Below are positions 36,391 through 41,369 of a stretch of DNA of 41,369 nt, piece by piece (positions within the stretch are counted from its first letter, which is position 1; each line of letters begins with the position of its first letter). The stretch comes from Thermoplasmata archaeon (lineage in GTDB: Archaea; Thermoplasmatota; E2; UBA202; JdFR-43): assembly GCA_008297865.1 (NCBI GenBank), contig VBQI01000010.1, positions 1 through 41,369 on the forward strand. The letters are read 5' to 3'. Made by a program: the position numbers and the translations under genes. The notes below the pieces were generated by a model, which was not told the DNA's origin, made no database searches, and saw nothing but the letters and a program-made list of their open reading frames with translations.

Positions 36391-38301
36391 TTACCTGAAT
36401 CTGACCGTCTCGAGATTTTTTATAGCTAATGTTTTTATGCCAAATTTCCTATGAATGCTTGCCGCCAAATCAACACATTTTGTTTCATCTCCATGATTTA
36501 CAATGATTCTACGCGGTTTCGGCGAGACATTTCTAACAAAATTCATGAGCTGTGCCCTATCAGAATGACCAGAGAAACCTTCGCATGTTTCTACATTCAT
36601 CTCTACTTTTACACTTTTATCTCCTACCATTACTTCTTTCCATCCTTTCTGTATTTTTCTGCCAAGTGTGCCTTCCGCCTGATAGCCAACGAATATAAGA
36701 GTGCTTCTCTCATCTTCAGCCCATGCTTTAAAGTATTCCATAACGGGGCCGCCATTTAGCATACCACTCGTTGCAAGAACAATACATTCATGTTTTTCAT
36801 CAATGATTTCCCTCCTTTTATCATAGCTGTCAACCCTTTCAAATATCTCAGCCATGAGGGGATTCTCTCCTTCTTGGAAAATTTTCTGACGCAAATCTGC
36901 ATTTAAATATTCTGGATAAACAGTATGTATAGCTGTTGCTTCCCAAATCATCCCATCCAAATATACAGGAACTTCCGGCAACTCTTTTTCCCTCATTAAA
37001 TGCTCAAGAACAATCATTACTTCCTGCGACCTCCCAATTGCAAATACTGGCACCAAAACCTTCCCCTTACTCTCTAAAGTCTTCTTAACAATTTCCTTTA
37101 ACTGCTCAGTTGCTTTTTTTCTTGAAGGCTGAACATCTTGCTTCCCTCCATAGGTTGATTCAAGCACAAGTGCTTCTAAACGTGGAAAGTGGGTAGCAGC
37201 TGCACTGAAGAGCCATGTTTTTTCATATTTTATGTCTCCGGAAAAGGCAATGTTGAAAAGGCCATCGCCAATATGAAAATGACATATTGCAGAGCCAAGG
37301 ATATGGCCAGCTCGATGCATTGTGAGGCGAATATCAGGAGCTATATCAGTTGTATCTCCATAATTGAGAGGTATGGTATTCCTAATTTCTTTTCTTATAT
37401 GCTCTGAGCTATATGGCGGTTTTTTTGCTTCATCGCCACATACTCGTAAATAATCCATCTGAAGGAGGACCATGACATCTCTTGTTGGATAAGTTGTATA
37501 GACGGGACCATCATATCCAAATTTAAATAGCATCGGCACAAGTCCAGAGTGGTCAAGATGGGCATGCGTGACAACTACCCCATCTATGGAATCGAGAGGC
37601 AAAACTTCAGGCATATGAATATAAGGAGAACCGTTATCTGGAGAGGAGACATCTATGCCACAATCAATTAAAATTTTGCTGTCTTGGGTTGAAAGTAATG
37701 TACAAGAACGACCAACTTCTCTATAGCCTCCAAGAGATGTTATTCTAATCCATTTCTCTCCCTCGCTAACCCCTCTATGAAGTCTTCTTCCAAGTCTTCT
37801 TAAAAATTGTATTCTGTCCTCTGCCACCATACGTAAATATCTTCTCACATCCTGAACAGTTTTTGATGGCATGGGGGGCGCTCTTATTACCTTGGGAGTC
37901 CATCCAATCGCCTTTTTTATTTCATTTAGAAGGGCACCTTTTTTTCCTATTGCAACTCCGGGCTTTTCTACTTCTATGGTTACCTCTCCAACATCTGGTT
38001 CAAAATATATGTTAACGAGCTTTGCATCTGGAGGAATAAGTTCCTGTATTTTTTCTCTTGCTTTATCAATTTCTTCCAGAACAGATGGGTCTGCTCTAAC
38101 TACTATTCTTTTTTGTAGTTTTTTTGCAAGCTCTCTTACCAGCTCATTTTGCTCAGCAAACTTTTCTGGGTCCTTTGTATAAATAACAAGTTCTGCTCCT
38201 TCAAATTCTATATCCGTAATGCTTATGCTAGCTGGTATAACTGCCTTTATTTCTTCTCTTACCCTATTCAGAATGTCTTCAACTGGCATGAACGTAATCA
38301 C
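36391..38301 (-). CDS. fttA: aCPSF1/FttA: KH-domain beta-CASP metallo-beta-lactamase ribonuclease (archaeal transcription termination factor)
   Basis: N-terminal KH-like region with GKKGALL, then VVVTHAHLDHSG and beta-CASP motifs. The protein is 636 aa. A GTG start at 38301 overlaps the psmB stop, and an alternative ATG lies at 38289. Confidence 0.92.
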   Translation of the reverse strand: MITFMPVEDILNRVREEIKAVIPASISITDIEFEGAELVIYTKDPEKFAEQNELVRELAKKLQKRIVVRADPSVLEEIDKAREKIQELIPPDAKLVNIYFEPDVGEVTIEVEKPGVAIGKKGALLNEIKKAIGWTPKVIRAPPMPSKTVQDVRRYLRMVAEDRIQFLRRLGRRLHRGVSEGEKWIRITSLGGYREVGRSCTLLSTQDSKILIDCGIDVSSPDNGSPYIHMPEVLPLDSIDGVVVTHAHLDHSGLVPMLFKFGYDGPVYTTYPTRDVMVLLQMDYLRVCGDEAKKPPYSSEHIRKEIRNTIPLNYGDTTDIAPDIRLTMHRAGHILGSAICHFHIGDGLFNIAFSGDIKYEKTWLFSAAATHFPRLEALVLESTYGGKQDVQPSRKKATEQLKEIVKKTLESKGKVLVPVFAIGRSQEVMIVLEHLMREKELPEVPVYLDGMIWEATAIHTVYPEYLNADLRQKIFQEGENPLMAEIFERVDSYDKRREIIDEKHECIVLATSGMLNGGPVMEYFKAWAEDERSTLIFVGYQAEGTLGRKIQKGWKEVMVGDKSVKVEMNVETCEGFSGHSDRAQLMNFVRNVSPKPRRIIVNHGDETKCVDLAASIHRKFGIKTLAIKNLETVRFR

Positions 38302-38921
38302 AACCCAATTCTTTTCTTCCTTTCTTCAATTTCCTCATTCGTTAACTCCCTATATTCTTTCTCCGTAATTGCCACTACATCAATCCCATCTCCAGATGCT
38401 AAATCTCTCTTCATTGCAGCCACCATCGCTCTTATTGCCAAATCAATTCCTTCTTCAATGCTCATGTCCTTCCTGTAATGGTCTTCGAGCACACCAAATA
38501 CATATGGAGAGCCAGAGCCTGTTGTTGTATATACATCTTCAATAGCCCCTCCCGCTGGATCTAACGAAAAGACGTGAGCTCCTGTTGAATCTACTCCTCC
38601 TATAATGAGCTGGACATAATATGGATAAAATTTCCTCTGGTTAAGTATGTTTGCCATGAGTATTGCCGCTCCTCTTACCGGCATTTTTTCCTCTCTTTCG
38701 AGCTTATATAACTCGGCTTCAACTTTCAAAAATCTTGCCAGAATCTGAGCATCCCCAACTAAGCCGGCGGTGGTGAGCAGTAAATGCTCATCTATTTTGA
38801 ATATTTTCTTTGCTACCTTATGAGCAATCATTGTCCCCATAGTGGCACGATGCTCGGCAGCAGCCACTATACCATCTTTACATACCAGCCCAAGTGTGGT
38901 TGTTCCTTTCTTACTTTCCAT
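38298..38921 (-). CDS. psmB: Proteasome subunit beta
   Basis: MESKKG|TTTLGLVCKDGIVAAAEHRATMG has a short propeptide before the catalytic Thr. GAGGTG precedes ATG 38921 by 4 nt. The ORF-track start at 38933 is a TTG overlapping that Shine-Dalgarno. Confidence 0.92.
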   Translation of the reverse strand: MESKKGTTTLGLVCKDGIVAAAEHRATMGTMIAHKVAKKIFKIDEHLLLTTAGLVGDAQILARFLKVEAELYKLEREEKMPVRGAAILMANILNQRKFYPYYVQLIIGGVDSTGAHVFSLDPAGGAIEDVYTTTGSGSPYVFGVLEDHYRKDMSIEEGIDLAIRAMVAAMKRDLASGDGIDVVAITEKEYRELTNEEIEERKKRIGL

Positions 38922-38974
38922 GATACACCTCAAAAGAGTAAATTCTAATATAGGAGGAGGTATATAAAATTTTT

Positions 38975-39190
38975 GTGAGAAGATTAATCAATAAATTGAA
39001 GTGGGATAAAAGATATGATTTCAGCAAAGTCATTATATGGTATGTTAGCAGAGGAGAGGCCAATGATTTGGGATATGTTAAAGGAGAAGATATCATAGAA
39101 ATAGGAAAATATTTTTTGGAAACATCAAAGGGCACTATTCCTTATCACAGAATAGTAAAAATAGAATACGAAGGGGAAGAGGTTCGTTAA
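38975..39190 (+). CDS. Small UPF0248/DUF504-like protein
   Basis: 71 aa with LINKLKWD...VIIWYVSRG...IPYHRIVKIEYEG, the pattern I associate with DUF504. It uses a GTG start. Confidence 0.6.
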   Translation: MRRLINKLKWDKRYDFSKVIIWYVSRGEANDLGYVKGEDIIEIGKYFLETSKGTIPYHRIVKIEYEGEEVR

Positions 39191-40413
39191 GATATTATTT
39201 CTGTTTCAACATCAATTATTTTGTCAATAGTATTTGTTATATTCTGCAATATGGGGATAGTTGCAAGAAAGCCCTTTTTCATTGTTTCGTTTAGCTCTTT
39301 TAAATAAAATTTAATCTCCTTCCAGTACTTTGACTCCATTTCCAACAACGTTGCATCGTTCTTGGCTACACTAAAATTTAAATTTTTTAAATATTGAGAT
39401 ACATTATGCTTTTCCATGGCCACAAATTCGTAAGATTGAATGACCAATGACATGTATGGATAAAATTTCATTAACAGAATTATGAATGGGGCCCTCATTG
39501 CAAAATTCATAAACATGAAATCTTTCTTCAATGCCTTTAAAGCATCTATACCAAATAAGCAAAAATTTTCTCTACAACTTTGCTTGTCATAAGCAGAAGC
39601 GTTTCCTTTCATTCTTTCAATATTTCTCTTATGAGCTAACTCAAATATTTTTTCTTTCGATAACGGTTCTCCTAATTTTTTGAAAGCTAATGTAGTGTAG
39701 CCTTCCTCCCACCCATTCCATATGCACCAATGAACGGAGTAAACCGCTTTCCTGAAAATATCAATGGGGAGTTCTGCATACTTTCCATCTTCCTCGCTTG
39801 TATATGCTGCACATAGAGGATCGTGATAATATACTACGCCATTTATTTCATCAAATCCAACAATAACTATATTATGCGAGAAATGATACGCTTTTCCAGA
39901 TAAATTAAATAATTCTATGTAATATGGCAACATAGTAAAATCAACATTTGTAGCTACAGGAATATCTTCCGAGATATAGTTTTTTATCCTATTCCAGTAT
40001 TCTTCCCAGCATTTTCTTTCATTTATTACATATTCTGGATAAAAATATTCACATGAAAGGTTATATAGAGAGGCTAAAAATTTTGCATCTTCTTCGCCCA
40101 GAGACGTTTCTTGCCCGCACCAGCATCTGAAATGGCGAGGCAAGCCAATAGGATAAGGAAAATCATCCGTGGGGCGAGGTATTACCCTGGGGCGAGCTGA
40201 AAGAGAATAACCAAGCCCAGCATTGTGCAGAATTTCATATAGTGAAGTGTTGATTCCATAATATTGTAAAAGCATTGCACAGCATGCATAGTTGCAATAT
40301 AAGTCATTTTTTGATTGAGCAACATATGGCACGTTTTTTATAATATGCCTTTCATCTGAAGAAATGGTATTTGGCAATAGCAATAGGATTGCTACTAACC
40401 AAACCACTTTCAT
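39187..40413 (-). CDS. Secreted papain-fold (peptidase C39-like / BtrH-N-like) protein
   Basis: It has a signal peptide. VPYVAQSKNDLYCNYACCAMLLQYYG gives the Cys context and HNIVIVGFDEINGVVYYHDP gives the His/Asp context. Confidence 0.5.
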   Translation of the reverse strand: MKVVWLVAILLLLPNTISSDERHIIKNVPYVAQSKNDLYCNYACCAMLLQYYGINTSLYEILHNAGLGYSLSARPRVIPRPTDDFPYPIGLPRHFRCWCGQETSLGEEDAKFLASLYNLSCEYFYPEYVINERKCWEEYWNRIKNYISEDIPVATNVDFTMLPYYIELFNLSGKAYHFSHNIVIVGFDEINGVVYYHDPLCAAYTSEEDGKYAELPIDIFRKAVYSVHWCIWNGWEEGYTTLAFKKLGEPLSKEKIFELAHKRNIERMKGNASAYDKQSCRENFCLFGIDALKALKKDFMFMNFAMRAPFIILLMKFYPYMSLVIQSYEFVAMEKHNVSQYLKNLNFSVAKNDATLLEMESKYWKEIKFYLKELNETMKKGFLATIPILQNITNTIDKIIDVETEIIS

Positions 40414-41025
40414 ATTTCATAAATATACAGCAATTTATAGTCCTTGTGTTGAAGTGTATATGGAATAGGGGGTTTAGTAAAATGTTTTTGCCCAATCATC
40501 GACATAAATTATTTATTAATCCACTCAGAACTCCCAAAAATTAAGAGATTTGCCTGCTGCGGATTTTGGTAATAAATGGTAAATCAAATGCATAGGCTTT
40601 TGGTTAGCTTGGAGTAGATAATACAATAGTCCTTTTCTCTCCCTTTTCATAGTAAAACATTGCAGTGTTTCCCTATTCTTCTGAAAATGCACTTTGCCTA
40701 TCCTTCTCTTCTTATATGCAATTTTGCATTTCATGACATGGAAATGAGGGGAAAATACTTTTAACAAAATAAGGAAGAAAACAGGAAATAAACCAGCGAT
40801 AGTATCAGAAAATATCTTTGATATAATCGTTGCCATTTTGTGTGTTCGTCATCATCGGGCTTGGTGAAGGACAATACCTGAAAGAGTTTCCTCCTCTTAT
40901 CTTTTGTTTCACTACTATTCTATAATTTATTTAATAAGCCGACGTTTCGATAAATTAATTAATACAAAAATCATTATTGACCATAGACAAAATAGAAAGG
41001 AAAGGACAAAGTATAAGGTGATAGA

Positions 41026-41369
41026 ATGGGAGAAAGAATATTTATGAAATATCCTCTTTTGAAAATTGGTTTGCTTGAAAAAAAGAAGGGAATCTTTAAA
41101 AAAGAAAATATTCTTGGTTGGCAATATTATTTTTCATTCAATAATCCTCTTCTAATAAGAGATATAATTGAGATAATAGAATATATTAAACTGGAACTTG
41201 AAAGAGATATGGAATTGTTAGGTGCCAAGACAATGCTTGAGGAATTTTATGAATCTTTTAATAGAGATATCAAACCAAAATTAAAAGAACATCTGACCAA
41301 ATGTAACACAATTGAGGAAGTTCATGCACCATTCCCTGAAGATTTGTTAACAAAAGGAGTGAATGAAAT
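41026..41369 (+). CDS. Hypothetical protein, 3'-truncated by the window edge
   Basis: The frame is open from 41017 to the end of the window, so it is missing from the ORF track. ATG 41026 is preceded by AGGTGAT (41016-41022). Translation begins MGERIFMKYPLLKIGLLEKKKGIF... Confidence 0.5.
   Translation, partial: MGERIFMKYPLLKIGLLEKKKGIFKKENILGWQYYFSFNNPLLIRDIIEIIEYIKLELERDMELLGAKTMLEEFYESFNRDIKPKLKEHLTKCNTIEEVHAPFPEDLLTKGVNE

Noticed and set aside
40525-41124. Minus-strand ORFs of 103 aa and 65 aa in the last intergenic gap
   Set aside because: They have no Shine-Dalgarno or TATA context, compositionally odd translations and no motifs. I keep them only as part of the gene-poor gap finding.

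Overview
AT-rich archaeal (euryarchaeote-like) chromosomal segment, densely coded on both strands. I call about 41 protein genes and one intron-containing tRNA-Leu(UAA). I found no rRNA, CRISPR array, IS element or integrase. Confident housekeeping calls from motifs and remembered homologues: thermosome, proteasome beta plus aCPSF1/FttA, deoxyhypusine synthase, diphthine synthase, Trm5, S17e, a ribB-ribL-ribC flavin cluster, formate-THF ligase, FolC, MtnA, MoaD/SAMP-like protein, M42 peptidase, Nudix and THEP1 NTPase. Between these lies a large secretome: PKD and beta-helix surface proteins, a 1238-aa clan-CD-like protease, an HExxH protease, a C39-like protease and a BNR protein. Several of these end in a P(G/S)F-TM-basic tail resembling the archaeosortase PGF-CTERM signal. 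Starts often follow a GGTGAT/GAGGTG Shine-Dalgarno, or sit about 25 nt after a TATA box (leaderless). No known defence or mobile system is visible. The candidates most worth follow-up are: (1) an orphan 438-aa protein with two CX3CX2C triads, abutted to a Nudix hydrolase; (2) a truncated PdxS paralogue lacking both catalytic lysines; (3) a translationally coupled cupin / degenerate class-II-aldolase-like / MtnA operon near an LsrF/DhnA-type aldolase; (4) a mini Orc1/Cdc6-like AAA+ ATPase coupled to an orphan response regulator; (5) two secreted-protein genes broken by frameshifts at simple repeats. All family assignments come from reading the translations. No database search was run.
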